A stretch of DNA of 50,067 nucleotides from Candidatus Hebobacteria bacterium (GTDB taxonomy: Bacteria > Armatimonadota > Hebobacteria > Hebobacterales > Hebobacteraceae), in the NCBI GenBank assembly GCA_029821885.1, contig JALGXV010000003.1:1-50067 (forward strand), read 5' to 3'. A model generated the notes under the pieces. It did not search any database, was not told the origin of the DNA, and was given only the letters and a program-made list of their open reading frames with translations. Shown piece by piece: positions 18,001-26,352 of the stretch (the first letter of the stretch is position 1; each line of letters starts with the position of its first letter). Both the position numbers and the translations under genes were made by a program.

Positions 18001-18534
18001 CACAACGTTGAAGCCGATGTCGACGCCAGCGGGAGCTGATTCACTCAGGAACTCCCAGGGGATGGCACACTCAACCGCGAAGCCGCTGTCCTCGTCGCGA
18101 GGGTGATTGATGGTGCCCTCGACGGACACCGCGTACTTGAGGGTACGGGGCCCTGAGACCCAGGAGCGATCGGCTCGCCATTGGCCCCGGCTATCTCGGG
18201 AGTAGAGCGTCATGCCGCCCGCGGCGCTGATGATGAGTCGATGGGCCGACCGGCCCGGCATCTCGAAGTCGAACTCTATCGCGTCGTCCTGCTCGGGGAC
18301 AGACATAGGCGCGGTGTTGGCGGCCGTGATCATTGTGTCCGGCACCCTGACCGCGATGGAGAGGTATTCCCGGTTCCACATGAGGTGGACACGCACGCGC
18401 CGGGTCTGCTCGTCGGTGGGGAGACGAAGGGCGGCGGCGGGCCCGATCGGCAGCAGACACATCCCCGCGAGGACGCCAGTGACGAGCGCCTGGCGGCGGA
18501 AGTTGGGCCCACCCAGACTGCGACTCGGTGCCAT
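15019..18534 (-). CDS. Large secreted multidomain protein: CBM9/DOMON-like N-terminus, GH99-like glycosidase-like core, three Ig/NBR1-like repeats, unknown C-terminal domain
   Basis: 1171 aa with a signal-like N-terminus (ALVTGVLAGMCLLPIGPAAA). VVVDSWNDYANGTEIGP resembles the SWNE..EGT strand of GH99/GH71-like enzymes. Three ~110-aa beta-sandwich-like repeats are present (e.g. REVSVRLRNDGTETW). Confidence 0.8.
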   Translation of the reverse strand: MAPSRSLGGPNFRRQALVTGVLAGMCLLPIGPAAALRLPTDEQTRRVRVHLMWNREYLSIAVRVPDTMITAANTAPMSVPEQDDAIEFDFEMPGRSAHRLIISAAGGMTLYSRDSRGQWRADRSWVSGPRTLKYAVSVEGTINHPRDEDSGFAVECAIPWEFLSESAPAGVDIGFNVVCWMQGENEGIASWSPSVREPRQVGDAARWGTMHVRLGSGLAKATGTWVPCPIVAQTPFIDGRLAADEWLAAATLEFDKPEPLIDSLPELREKSAATTTLMAIYRYDWRGGLTAQTGAPLWTADGAPATSHQPQGGAGPWVSYDRVDWHAGQVQEVQRAGIDVILARYSGEEGARRSWARIGLLRLGQALKERRARNVGYPLVGMMLDTAALQGVDLTSDAGKQLFYGMVREFFLHLPREFWAEVGRPLDGSAPGGVPVLLGEPEGLANWDGGFLNFSQARFGQDFGGARLVWLGSSAWRRDGAELYSHIDLPQRTGFTVSGPVGAKAVALSPGHCPPPGTSGTIRARAEGRPYRSDWQRALAAEPELVVVDSWNDYANGTEIGPSRQYGILYVDTTRYFQARLGSQQPHRLVLRQHSAPAPAVAGSDCLAEILVENTSTEDVRTSARVSVDCELRRLADGAVVRTDKGAQALLVGAGQTARVPVRIVLRDNEERPLAPDDYVYTLRLLRRKVAYFQSEWFTSTLAELSVPIRVGGAPPYKATLISSSLPAAVAAGATREVSVRLRNDGTETWQRGRVELSYHWTRRTDDPALPSDDATEVVFWDAGRVELPRDVPPGDVVSLAVPLVANGHDGGPLAPTGPQDLWHYRVQWDLVEGDVNWLSSHGTGPRDEAIQVARRGSGAVIESVSAAAELDAGDSTSIELVVANGSEELLPAGEARIAIRWHRWDGRSADVHVAPVGLPIDVDAGTRAFVTVPVIIPPEPGPYRLTASVEVGGGDLDSSHQHLDNCSAPTQVFVRADRFRAIDLSPYANVMAVVPDSYRAQGDFDGRGRSLPAEWLPPDPFGPRDQLYPSGYYAPGHPRDDIVFSFPSASGSVGAAVACTGQSIPLGEAGATKVHMVAASTRGAHEAAFGLTSATGEAESVSVMVPSWDESPAGAPFALYCPYVRTFSEDILQNVYLYHLTLTPRAGAAASLGLPEAPWVKVLAITVESP

Positions 18535-18661
18535 TTCTCACCTCACGGTGCGCCCTAGCTCCGCGGGCGCACCGGGGGACATTATACGGAAAGCATGCAT
18601 GGCGTGTAAAGAACCGGCCCGCGCGAAGGGGGGCAGGGGGGGTCGGCGAAGCTACAGCAGC

Positions 18662-19282
18662 ATGCCGCAAGTCAGCCTCCGACCGATCCGAATCAGTGAC
18701 GCGGAGATCTGCTTCCGTTGGGTCTGCGATCCGCAGGTTCACCGGTTCCTGGGCTTGCTCCAGCCTGCGCGTACGCTGGCACAAGAGCGCTCGTGGATCG
18801 CGAGCATACTGACTGACAAGGAGCACCAACGGGGCTTCATCATCGAAGATGAGCAGGGAAGGCCCATAGGGACATGCGGACTGCGCGGCATAGGCAGCGA
18901 GCCCGGGATCGCCTTCCTGGGAATCATGATCGGCGAGAGGCGGCTCTGGGATAAGGGCTACGGCACGGCCGCGACCACGAAGCTACTCGACCACGCCTTC
19001 CTTGAGCTAGGGCTTCGCGAGGTCCGCCTGTCGTGTCACCGCGAGAACCGCCGCGCTTTGCGATGTTACGAGAAGGCCGGGTTCCGACCCGCCGTCTACG
19101 AGCCCGACCGACGGCGGTCCCGGCGCGACGAGGTGCAGATGTCCGCCCGGCGCGACGCGTGGCCGGCCCGAGACGGCCTCGAGCCGGAGACCCCGGCAGA
19201 CGGGGCCATACCGGGCCGCGGGCAGGCACAGCCCAAGGCCGGAAGACGACGCGGACGCCGGCCAAGTGAGATTGGGACTTGA
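18662..19282 (+). CDS. GNAT family N-acetyltransferase (RimJ/RimL-like) with basic low-complexity tail
   Basis: I trimmed ORF 18212..19282 to ATG 18662. Family-like stretches are LRPIRISDAEICFRW and RRLWDKGYGTAATTKLLDHAF...LSCHRENRRALRCYEKAGF. The C-terminus is a ~50-aa R/P/G-rich tail. Confidence 0.8.
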   Translation: MPQVSLRPIRISDAEICFRWVCDPQVHRFLGLLQPARTLAQERSWIASILTDKEHQRGFIIEDEQGRPIGTCGLRGIGSEPGIAFLGIMIGERRLWDKGYGTAATTKLLDHAFLELGLREVRLSCHRENRRALRCYEKAGFRPAVYEPDRRRSRRDEVQMSARRDAWPARDGLEPETPADGAIPGRGQAQPKAGRRRGRRPSEIGT

Positions 19283-19941
19283 CGACATCGGAGCGCGGTC
19301 TTGCCATACTCGATATAGACGGCACTCTGTTCCGAACCGAAAGCGCGACCATTCCCGCCATCAGATCGGTATTCGGGGAGCACGGACTCGCGCCCCCCTC
19401 CGAGATGGAGGTGCGGCAGTTCTTCGGCAAGCCCGACGAGGAATTCCAGGCCTGGCTTGACGGACGGGTTCCCGGCGGGCGTGCGGCAGACATAGCGGCG
19501 GCCGTGTGGGAGAAGGAGCGGGAGATGGTCTCGGAGACGGGCCAGCTCTACCCCGGTGCGCGGGAATGCCTGGCGGAACTGCGGAGCGTAGTCCATGAGA
19601 TGGGCATCTGCTCCAACGGCCCAGAGGCCTACGTGCGCACTGTGCTCCAGGCCCACCATCTGCTGGAGTTCTTCGATCGGGTCCGCTGGCGGAGCGAAGA
19701 GGACGCCGGCAAAGTGGAGATGGTGGCCGATCTGCTGCGGGATCTGCGATCGAGACCGGCGGTCGTCATTGGGGATCGCGAGGACGATGTGGGCGCCGCT
19801 CGGGCCAACGGCATCCTGGTGATAGGAGCGGCCTACGGCTATGGCGGCCGGGGCGAGCTGGAGGGGGCAGATGGGTTGGTGGACGACGTGTCCGAGCTGC
19901 CGCCCGCGGTGCGGCGACTGATGGCGGTGAGCCACGCCTAG
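19279..19941 (+). CDS. HAD-superfamily hydrolase (phosphoglycolate phosphatase-like)
   Basis: Motif I is ILDIDGTLF and motif IV is VIGDREDDVGAARANG. The TTG start overlaps the GNAT stop (TTGA). Confidence 0.8.
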   Translation: MTTSERGLAILDIDGTLFRTESATIPAIRSVFGEHGLAPPSEMEVRQFFGKPDEEFQAWLDGRVPGGRAADIAAAVWEKEREMVSETGQLYPGARECLAELRSVVHEMGICSNGPEAYVRTVLQAHHLLEFFDRVRWRSEEDAGKVEMVADLLRDLRSRPAVVIGDREDDVGAARANGILVIGAAYGYGGRGELEGADGLVDDVSELPPAVRRLMAVSHA

Positions 19942-20030
19942 TCGGCCTGCGTGTCGCAACTTCGTGGTAAGCTCTCTCGGCAGGGAGGGCCCTCTCTGAG
20001 GCGAGGAACGTCGCGAGGCGGGGCAAGTTC

Positions 20031-22244
20031 ATGTCAACTCGTGCTCGCCGTCTTCTACGCAACGGCTGGCCCTCGGTGACTGTGTTCGCAGTGGCGCTGG
20101 CCGGGTACTGCGCGACCCTCTGTCCGACCGTATTCGTGGAGGGGAGCGGCGAGAACATCGTCTGCGTGTGGGCCCTGGGCGTGCCGCATCCACCAGGGTT
20201 CCCCCTCTATTGCTTGCTCGGCAAAGCCTTCGTGGGACTCGTTCCCCTCGGGGAGCCGGCCTTCCGCGCGAATCTCTTTTCGGCCGTGATGGGCGCGGCG
20301 GCCGCCACCGGACTGTTCATCTTCAGTGCCAGCGCCGGGCTAGGACGAATGCCGGCGGCAGCGGCCGCCCTGACCTTCGCCTTCTCGGCGACGTTCTGGC
20401 GACAGGCGACCATAGCAGAGGTGTACACACTCAGCACCTTGCTGCTGGTAGTGCAGCTTGGGCTACTCCTCGCGTGGCGGGCGCGGCCGACCTCGTCCGC
20501 GCCCCGACCCGACACGACGCATCCGGGACCGACGCTCCCCTCGGCCAACCGGGACGCGCCGCTCCTCTGGTTCGGCCTCTCCCTCGGGCTCGGCCTCGCC
20601 GTCCACTACCAGCACGCGCTGCTGCTGCCGGCCTACCTTCTCTTCATCACACTCACCGACCGCACGGTCTGGCTTCGCGGGCGTACCCTCCTTGCCGCTT
20701 CCGCACTTGCGCTGCTGGGTTTCGCGCTGCACGTCTACGCGCCGATTCGGTCGGCCGCCGACCCGCCCATCGACTGGGGCAATCCCGAGACCTTCGCCCA
20801 TTGGTGGCGCTATCTCACGGCCGAGCAGTATCGCGGCCACATGTTCCACCAGCCACTGAGCGATATGGCCGCTGACTTCATCGCCTTCCTCCGCGCGCTT
20901 CCCGCCCAGCTCACCTGGCCCGGCCTACCCCTCGCGCTCGGGGGCCTGCTGGCCCTCTGGCGCCGTGACCGCGCCCTCTGCTGGGCGACGGCCGCCATGG
21001 CCCTCGTCACCGTAGTCTGGGCCGTCGGCTACGACATCCCCTGGGAGATCGACGTCTACTACCTCCCCGCGGTGCTCGTTCTCACGATCTGGATGGGTTA
21101 CGGACTCCAGGCTCTCCTGAACTGGGCTCGCGCCCACAATGCTCCGCGCTCCGCCGCGGCGCTCTGTCTACTGCTCCCCGCTCTGGCGCTCGGCCTCAAC
21201 TTCCGAGCCAACGACCTCTCGGATCAGACCTTTGTCCTGGACAATGCCCGGGATATCCTCGCGGTGGCCGAGCCGGACTGCGCCATCATCCTCCCGAGTA
21301 CGAACCCGACTTTTGCGCTGCTCTACCTGAAGCATGTCGCGCGCGAAGCGCCTGAACTCCAGTTGTTCTCTCGGCTCGAACGCGGGATCGCGCCCACCGA
21401 GAAGGCGGCGCGGTCGGCGAGCGAGCTCGAGGTGTCTGCTGAGCCGCGCTTCGTCGCCGATGCGCTCGCCGCGGGCACGCCCGTCTACACCGTCGACCGG
21501 CAGCCAGAGGCTACCCTCGCCGGCTTCGCGCAGGTGCCTTGGGGATGCATCTATCGAATCGTGCCAGCCGACCTCGAAGTGCAGTGGCGCGCGCGGGCGC
21601 CGGATCCCCTCGCCACCAACTTCCACTTCGATCTCGACCGCCAGCACTTCATCTACGGCAGCGAGCAGGCGCTGCTCGCCTGCCGCTACCTCCTCGTCCG
21701 GGCCGACGCCGCCGGGGAGTCGGGAGCTCCCGGCCTCGCCGATGGCCTCTATGAGCGCGCCCTGTCGCTGGGCGCTGATCTTCCATCGGTCTTCGCCAAG
21801 GTCGGCCAGCGCTACGCGGAGCAGGGGAGGAGCGAGCGCGCCCTCGCTCTCTACGAGCGCGCGCTCGAGCGCCACGACGACGCTGTCCTCCACAACCGAT
21901 TGGGTGTGCTCTACGGCCGTGCCGGCCGCCTCGACGAGGCCGAAAACCACTTCCGCCGCGCGCTGGAGCTCAAGCCCGACTATGCCGACGCGCACGCCAA
22001 CCTCGCTTCCATCTACGGCCGTCGCGGGGACATCAAGGCCGCCATCGCCTCCTTGGAAACGGCCCTCCAGTATGACCCCGCGAACCTGCTCGCGCTGAAG
22101 AACCTCACCTTTGCCTATGCGCAGACGGATAGACAAGAAGACGCGCGCCGCCTCCTGGAGAGAAGCCTGGATATCAACCGCGCCCAGCCGGAGGTGAGAG
22201 GACTCCTTGCCTCCCTGGGTGGACAGGTGGAAAAGAGCCCATGA
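20031..22244 (+). CDS. DUF2723 (TMEM260-like) polytopic membrane glycosyltransferase-like protein with C-terminal TPR repeats
   Basis: VFVEGSGENIVCVWALGVPHPPGFPLY is the hallmark DUF2723 N-terminus. Many TM segments follow. The C-terminal TPR units include LHNRLGVLYGRAGRLDEAENHFRRALELKPDYADAHANLASIY. Confidence 0.85.
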   Translation: MSTRARRLLRNGWPSVTVFAVALAGYCATLCPTVFVEGSGENIVCVWALGVPHPPGFPLYCLLGKAFVGLVPLGEPAFRANLFSAVMGAAAATGLFIFSASAGLGRMPAAAAALTFAFSATFWRQATIAEVYTLSTLLLVVQLGLLLAWRARPTSSAPRPDTTHPGPTLPSANRDAPLLWFGLSLGLGLAVHYQHALLLPAYLLFITLTDRTVWLRGRTLLAASALALLGFALHVYAPIRSAADPPIDWGNPETFAHWWRYLTAEQYRGHMFHQPLSDMAADFIAFLRALPAQLTWPGLPLALGGLLALWRRDRALCWATAAMALVTVVWAVGYDIPWEIDVYYLPAVLVLTIWMGYGLQALLNWARAHNAPRSAAALCLLLPALALGLNFRANDLSDQTFVLDNARDILAVAEPDCAIILPSTNPTFALLYLKHVAREAPELQLFSRLERGIAPTEKAARSASELEVSAEPRFVADALAAGTPVYTVDRQPEATLAGFAQVPWGCIYRIVPADLEVQWRARAPDPLATNFHFDLDRQHFIYGSEQALLACRYLLVRADAAGESGAPGLADGLYERALSLGADLPSVFAKVGQRYAEQGRSERALALYERALERHDDAVLHNRLGVLYGRAGRLDEAENHFRRALELKPDYADAHANLASIYGRRGDIKAAIASLETALQYDPANLLALKNLTFAYAQTDRQEDARRLLERSLDINRAQPEVRGLLASLGGQVEKSP

Positions 22245-22861
22245 AGGAGTCGTCTCCACCGCGCAACTGGACCCGCCTCGGGCTCTGGCTCGTCGGGGCG
22301 ACGATGGGGTACAACGCGGTTGAGGCCGGTCTCGCCATCTGGGCGGGCGTGGTCGCCGACAGCATCGCGCTGATCGGCTTCGGGCTGGACAGCATCATCG
22401 AGCTCGCCGCGGCCTCGGTCCTCTTCTGGCGGCTCGGCGTGGACGCTCGCGGGGCAGGGGAGGAGGTCGTCGAGGCTGCCGAGCGCCGCGTCCATCGCTT
22501 CGTCGGGGCCACCTTCTTCGCGCTCGCGGCCTACGTGCTCGCGCTGGCCGTGTGGACCCTCGCCGGGCACGGCCAGCCCGAGGAGAGCCTCGTCGGCATC
22601 ATCCTCGCGGCCGCCTCCCTTGTCATCATGCCGCTCGTCGCCTGGGGGAAGCTCCGCGCGGCCCGCGAGATTCCCAGCCCGGCCCTCGCCGCGGAGGCAA
22701 AGGAGACCCTCGCCTGCTCCTACCTCTCCTTCGCCCTGCTCCTGGGTCTGGTCGCGAACGCCCTCGCCGGTTGGTGGTGGGCCGATCCCGTCGCGGCCCT
22801 GCTCATGGTGCCCTGGCTGCTGCACGAAGGCCGCGAGGCCTTCGAGGAAGAGGACGACTAG
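22241..22861 (+). CDS. Cation-efflux-like membrane protein (CDF transmembrane domain only)
   Basis: AGVVADSIALIGFGLDSIIEL is a CDF TM2-like motif. There are six hydrophobic segments. An ATGA overlap links it to the upstream gene. Confidence 0.7.
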   Translation: MKESSPPRNWTRLGLWLVGATMGYNAVEAGLAIWAGVVADSIALIGFGLDSIIELAAASVLFWRLGVDARGAGEEVVEAAERRVHRFVGATFFALAAYVLALAVWTLAGHGQPEESLVGIILAAASLVIMPLVAWGKLRAAREIPSPALAAEAKETLACSYLSFALLLGLVANALAGWWWADPVAALLMVPWLLHEGREAFEEEDD

Positions 22862-23301
22862 ACGCCCATACTCACTGCCGTCGCCTCGGCCACGAGTGCC
22901 CCTTCGGCGTTCGTCGCGCGCGCCTCGGTCTCGATCAAGCGGGAGCGATCCTTAGTGATGCGCGCCCGCACGGTCAGCCTCTCGCCCACCTTCACCGGCT
23001 CGTGGTAGCGGACGGTCAGTCGGCCGGTGATGGCGTTCAGCTCCTTCTCCCACAGCAGCCGCGCCATCGCTTCATCGAGCACTGTCGCGAGCAGGCCGCC
23101 GTGGACGATGCCGGCCCAGCCCTGGTACTCGGGTCTGACCTCGAACTCAGTCACATACTCGTCGCCCTCAAAGCGAAAGGCGAGCTTCAAGCCGATTGGG
23201 TTCTTCTCGCCGCAAGCGAAGCACATATCGTCGACACCGAGTCTCAACTCGTCTCCTCCATTGCCCACGCGGAACGGGAACGCGTTACCAGTTGACACCA
23301 C
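22858..23301 (-). CDS. PaaI-family hotdog-fold thioesterase
   Basis: CFACGEKNPIGLKL and GIVHGGLLATVLDEAMA are present. GTG start at 23301 (GAGGA upstream); ATG 23226 is an alternative. Confidence 0.8.
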   Translation of the reverse strand: MVSTGNAFPFRVGNGGDELRLGVDDMCFACGEKNPIGLKLAFRFEGDEYVTEFEVRPEYQGWAGIVHGGLLATVLDEAMARLLWEKELNAITGRLTVRYHEPVKVGERLTVRARITKDRSRLIETEARATNAEGALVAEATAVSMGV

Positions 23302-24601
23302 CCAGGTCCTCGCCGCCCACCCATGACTCGACCCGGAAGTAGAAGTCGTAGAGGATCCGCATGCCCAGGTACATCAGGATCCCGAAGACGCAGAAGTAGA
23401 GCACGCCAACGGCGATGCCTCCCGCGCGCACGAGCATCATGCGCTTGGCCGCACTGTCCTCGCGGTAGTAGGCGGCCGCGCGCGAGAGCATGTCCGGCAG
23501 GCTGCCCGAGGCCTCTCCCGTGGCGGCCATGTTGAGCGTATCCGGGTCGAACAGGCGCGCCTGGGCGAGCAGGCTCGACAGCGGAACGCCCTCCCGCAAG
23601 GCCGGGACGAATTCGAGGAGCTTGGGGGTCAGGACTGGGTTGCCGGCCGCCAGCGCCGCTTCTTCCGCAGCCGAGGCTATGGGCAGCCCCCCTCGCAGCA
23701 TGAGCCCCAGGGTCGCGAGATAGCGGTCCAGCGCCGTGGCCTGCGCGATACGGCCGGCGACAGGGAGACGCAGCACGATCCGCCGCTGCAGATCCTGGAA
23801 CCACGCACTCGCAGACAGCACCTGCCAGAGCAGGACAAGCCCGAGGAGGCCGGCGGCGATCGGCAGGGATACCGTCCGGGAGTAGCGCAGAACCGTGGTG
23901 AGCACGAGCGCCGGAGTCCACCCTGCCTCGGGGATGGGCTCTGCGACGGTGAGGAGCAGTGGCGCGGAGACGAGTATCGCTGGGATGCCGAGCGCGCCGT
24001 AGACGAAGAGCCTGAGCCGAAGGGCCGAGCGCGTCTCCCACTCTACCTCGTAGGCGCGGGCGATCTGCTCGAAGGCCTCCGGGAGGAAGCCTCCCGCCTC
24101 GGCCGCTCTGACGACACCCATGTGCCACGGGTAGAACAGACCTGAGTGGCTCTCCATGACAGTGGAGATGGGCTCTCCCGATTCGGCGGCCTGAGCCATG
24201 TCGGCCGCCACCGCGCGGAGTTGTCCTGGTGCACGGCGCTCGACCTCGCGGCAGGCCGGCGCGACAGCAATGCCGCTCCCGGTGAGAGTATGGAGCTCCT
24301 GGAAGAACACGCCCATCCTGCGCACATGGCCGAGGCTGCTGCGGCGCGAAGGGATGTACCTGCGCGGTTCACGCTCCGCGGCGGCAGGGGCACGCGGCGG
24401 CGAGACCGAACTCGCGTCTGGAGCAGGATGCTCGGAGCGGCGCACGGAGCCCTGCCGAGTGAGCTCGATGGCCTCCCACCGGGAGGCGGGAGCAGAGCGC
24501 GCCGGATCAGGGCCGGCCTCCGGCCGCAGTTCGTTCTGGCACTGATAGCAGGTCTGCCGCTTGGTGCTGTTGTCGGCCCCGCAATGGGGGCAGCTTCGCA
24601 T
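23285..24601 (-). CDS. Type II secretion/type IV pilus platform protein (GspF/PilC family) with N-terminal zinc ribbon
   Basis: I trimmed ORF 23285..24913 to ATG 24601. The N-terminus is MRSCPHCGADNSTKRQTCYQC (CxxC-x10-CxxC). Two T2SSF repeats with TM segments follow. Confidence 0.75.
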   Translation of the reverse strand: MRSCPHCGADNSTKRQTCYQCQNELRPEAGPDPARSAPASRWEAIELTRQGSVRRSEHPAPDASSVSPPRAPAAAEREPRRYIPSRRSSLGHVRRMGVFFQELHTLTGSGIAVAPACREVERRAPGQLRAVAADMAQAAESGEPISTVMESHSGLFYPWHMGVVRAAEAGGFLPEAFEQIARAYEVEWETRSALRLRLFVYGALGIPAILVSAPLLLTVAEPIPEAGWTPALVLTTVLRYSRTVSLPIAAGLLGLVLLWQVLSASAWFQDLQRRIVLRLPVAGRIAQATALDRYLATLGLMLRGGLPIASAAEEAALAAGNPVLTPKLLEFVPALREGVPLSSLLAQARLFDPDTLNMAATGEASGSLPDMLSRAAAYYREDSAAKRMMLVRAGGIAVGVLYFCVFGILMYLGMRILYDFYFRVESWVGGEDLGGVNW

Positions 24602-24699
24602 GCGCACGGCTGCTGAGACTCTTTCGGTGCAGTCTGGCTCCGCCTCAGGATTATAGTCCGTTCTCGACGGAATTGACAGCGCGGGAGGGCGAGACGGCA

Positions 24700-25707
24700 A
24701 TGCCACAGTCAGCGATCCGGCCGATCGAATGGGTGGACGGCGAGGTCGTGATCCTCGACCAGACGCTGTTGCCACATGGTGAAGAATCTGTGCGGTGCAC
24801 GCGCGTGGCGGAGGTGGCGGAGGCGATCTGCTCTCTCCGCGTGCGCGGCGCCCCGCTGATCGGCATCGCGGCCGCGTACGGCCTCGCCCTCGCCGCGCGT
24901 GGCGATGAGGCATCAGTCATGGGCCGCGTAACGCGCGCTGCGGATCTGCTCCGCGCCACTCGGCCGACCGCACGCAATCTCTTTTGGGCTATCGACCGGA
25001 TGGTGTCGCGGGCCGAGGCCGGAGCGACCGCCGACGAGCTGCTCCGCGAGGCGCGGGCGATCCACGAGGAGGATGCCGAAACTTGCCGCGCGATTGGCGA
25101 CCATGGCGCGCCGCTCATTCCGCAAGGCGCGACGGTGCTGGTCATCTGCAACGCGGGCTCTCTCGCCACGGGCGGCATCGGCACCTCGCTCGCCATCATC
25201 CGGGCGGCCCATCGGTCAGGCAAGTCGGTCAGCGTGCTAGCCTGTGAAACCAGGCCTCTGCTCCAAGGCGCGCGACTCACCATGTGGGAACTGATGCGGG
25301 ACGGCATTCCCGCCACCCTGATCACGGACGGCATGGCCGGTACTTGCATGGCCCGGGGGATGGTCGATCTGGTGATCGCTGGCGCTGACCGCATCGCCCG
25401 GAACGGCGACACGGCGAACAAGATCGGGACCTACTCCCTCGCCGTGCTGGCCAGGCATCACGGTCTTCCCTTCTACATCGCCGCGCCTATGTCCACGGTC
25501 GACCTGTCACTCGCCGACGGCTCGGCAATCCCGATCGAGGAGCGCGGTCCCGAGGAGGTGCGTTCGTTCTCCGGAAGTCCGTCTGCGCCGGCGGATGCAC
25601 CTGTCTTCAACCCCGCCTTCGACGTGACGCCCACGGAGTTGGTAGCCGGCATCGTGACGGAGAGAGGTGTGATGACGGCCCCCTACGAGAAGTCCCTCCC
25701 GGCCTAG
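24700..25707 (+). CDS. mtnA: S-methyl-5-thioribose-1-phosphate isomerase
   Basis: Family-like stretches are ILDQTLLP, LRVRGAPLIGIAAAYGLALA, RPTARNLFWA and GADRIARNGDTANKIGTY. ATG 24700 has GGGAGGG 10 nt upstream. Confidence 0.9.
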   Translation: MPQSAIRPIEWVDGEVVILDQTLLPHGEESVRCTRVAEVAEAICSLRVRGAPLIGIAAAYGLALAARGDEASVMGRVTRAADLLRATRPTARNLFWAIDRMVSRAEAGATADELLREARAIHEEDAETCRAIGDHGAPLIPQGATVLVICNAGSLATGGIGTSLAIIRAAHRSGKSVSVLACETRPLLQGARLTMWELMRDGIPATLITDGMAGTCMARGMVDLVIAGADRIARNGDTANKIGTYSLAVLARHHGLPFYIAAPMSTVDLSLADGSAIPIEERGPEEVRSFSGSPSAPADAPVFNPAFDVTPTELVAGIVTERGVMTAPYEKSLPA

Positions 25708-25721
25708 AGTCGCCACGCGCC

Positions 25722-26342
25722 TCAGGGCTCTATCAAGGCGGGGTCACCGAGCCGGAGTGTGTCCCAGAGGTCCTCGATTGCCTCGTTGTCCAGCGCGATG
25801 CAGCCGAGCGTCCAGTCGGTGCCGGCCCCGCCCCCGTGAAGCCCGATTTCCCCGCCGAGTGGGGTGTCCCACGGCGGCTGGCTCCCTGCCCTCACAGCCG
25901 TCACTACTGCATCGTGCTGCTGCTGTGTGATCCGCCCCGCGATGAGGGCCTGCTGTGCGTCGAGCTGACTGGGATACGAGATGCCCAGGAAGAGATGGAA
26001 CCTGGAGCGCGGGTTGCGGGTGCAAACGTAGTACTCGCCCTCCGGTGTGCGGCCGTCGCCCTCTCGCTCTTTGTGTCCCTCGGGCCGGCGGCCGAGGCCG
26101 ATGGGGTAGGAGCGCGCGAGCCCCCCGTCGATGTAGAGGCCGAGCGCGCGCTCTGCTTTCTGGATCACCACCACGCGCTCGCCGTCGATCGGGCACTCGT
26201 CGGGCAGGGATGATAGGTCGGCGGTAGGCGCGGTCCGGGTTGTGGGGCTGCGTGCCCGGCGCGCACGGCTGCTGCTCGCGAGGATCAGCAGCGTAACGGC
26301 GAGGGCGGCGGCAGCGGCGAGCATCAGGTGGCGGGTCCTCAC
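25722..26342 (-). CDS. L,D-transpeptidase (YkuD domain)
   Basis: N-terminal TM/signal. Family-like stretches are GDGRTPEGEY and GLHGGGAGTDWTLGCIALDNEAIEDLW (catalytic H...C motif). Confidence 0.85.
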   Translation of the reverse strand: MRTRHLMLAAAAALAVTLLILASSSRARRARSPTTRTAPTADLSSLPDECPIDGERVVVIQKAERALGLYIDGGLARSYPIGLGRRPEGHKEREGDGRTPEGEYYVCTRNPRSRFHLFLGISYPSQLDAQQALIAGRITQQQHDAVVTAVRAGSQPPWDTPLGGEIGLHGGGAGTDWTLGCIALDNEAIEDLWDTLRLGDPALIEP

Positions 26343-26352
26343 GGCCGCGCTG

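Noticed and set aside
19985-19994. Perfect 10-nt palindrome GAGGGCCCTC between the HAD gene and the DUF2723 gene
   Set aside because: It is too short and has no loop, so it cannot be a terminator. It occurs once only, and no evidence supports an operator.
22858-22861. Convergent genes sharing overlapping stop codons (CTAG)
   Set aside because: The observation is real but trivial. There is no room for a terminator and nothing beyond compact gene packing.
23244-24128. 294-aa minus-strand ORF in another frame of the GspF-like gene
   Set aside because: It is an extremely R/G/A/P-rich out-of-frame overlap. The T2SSF frame has TM segments and family repeats.
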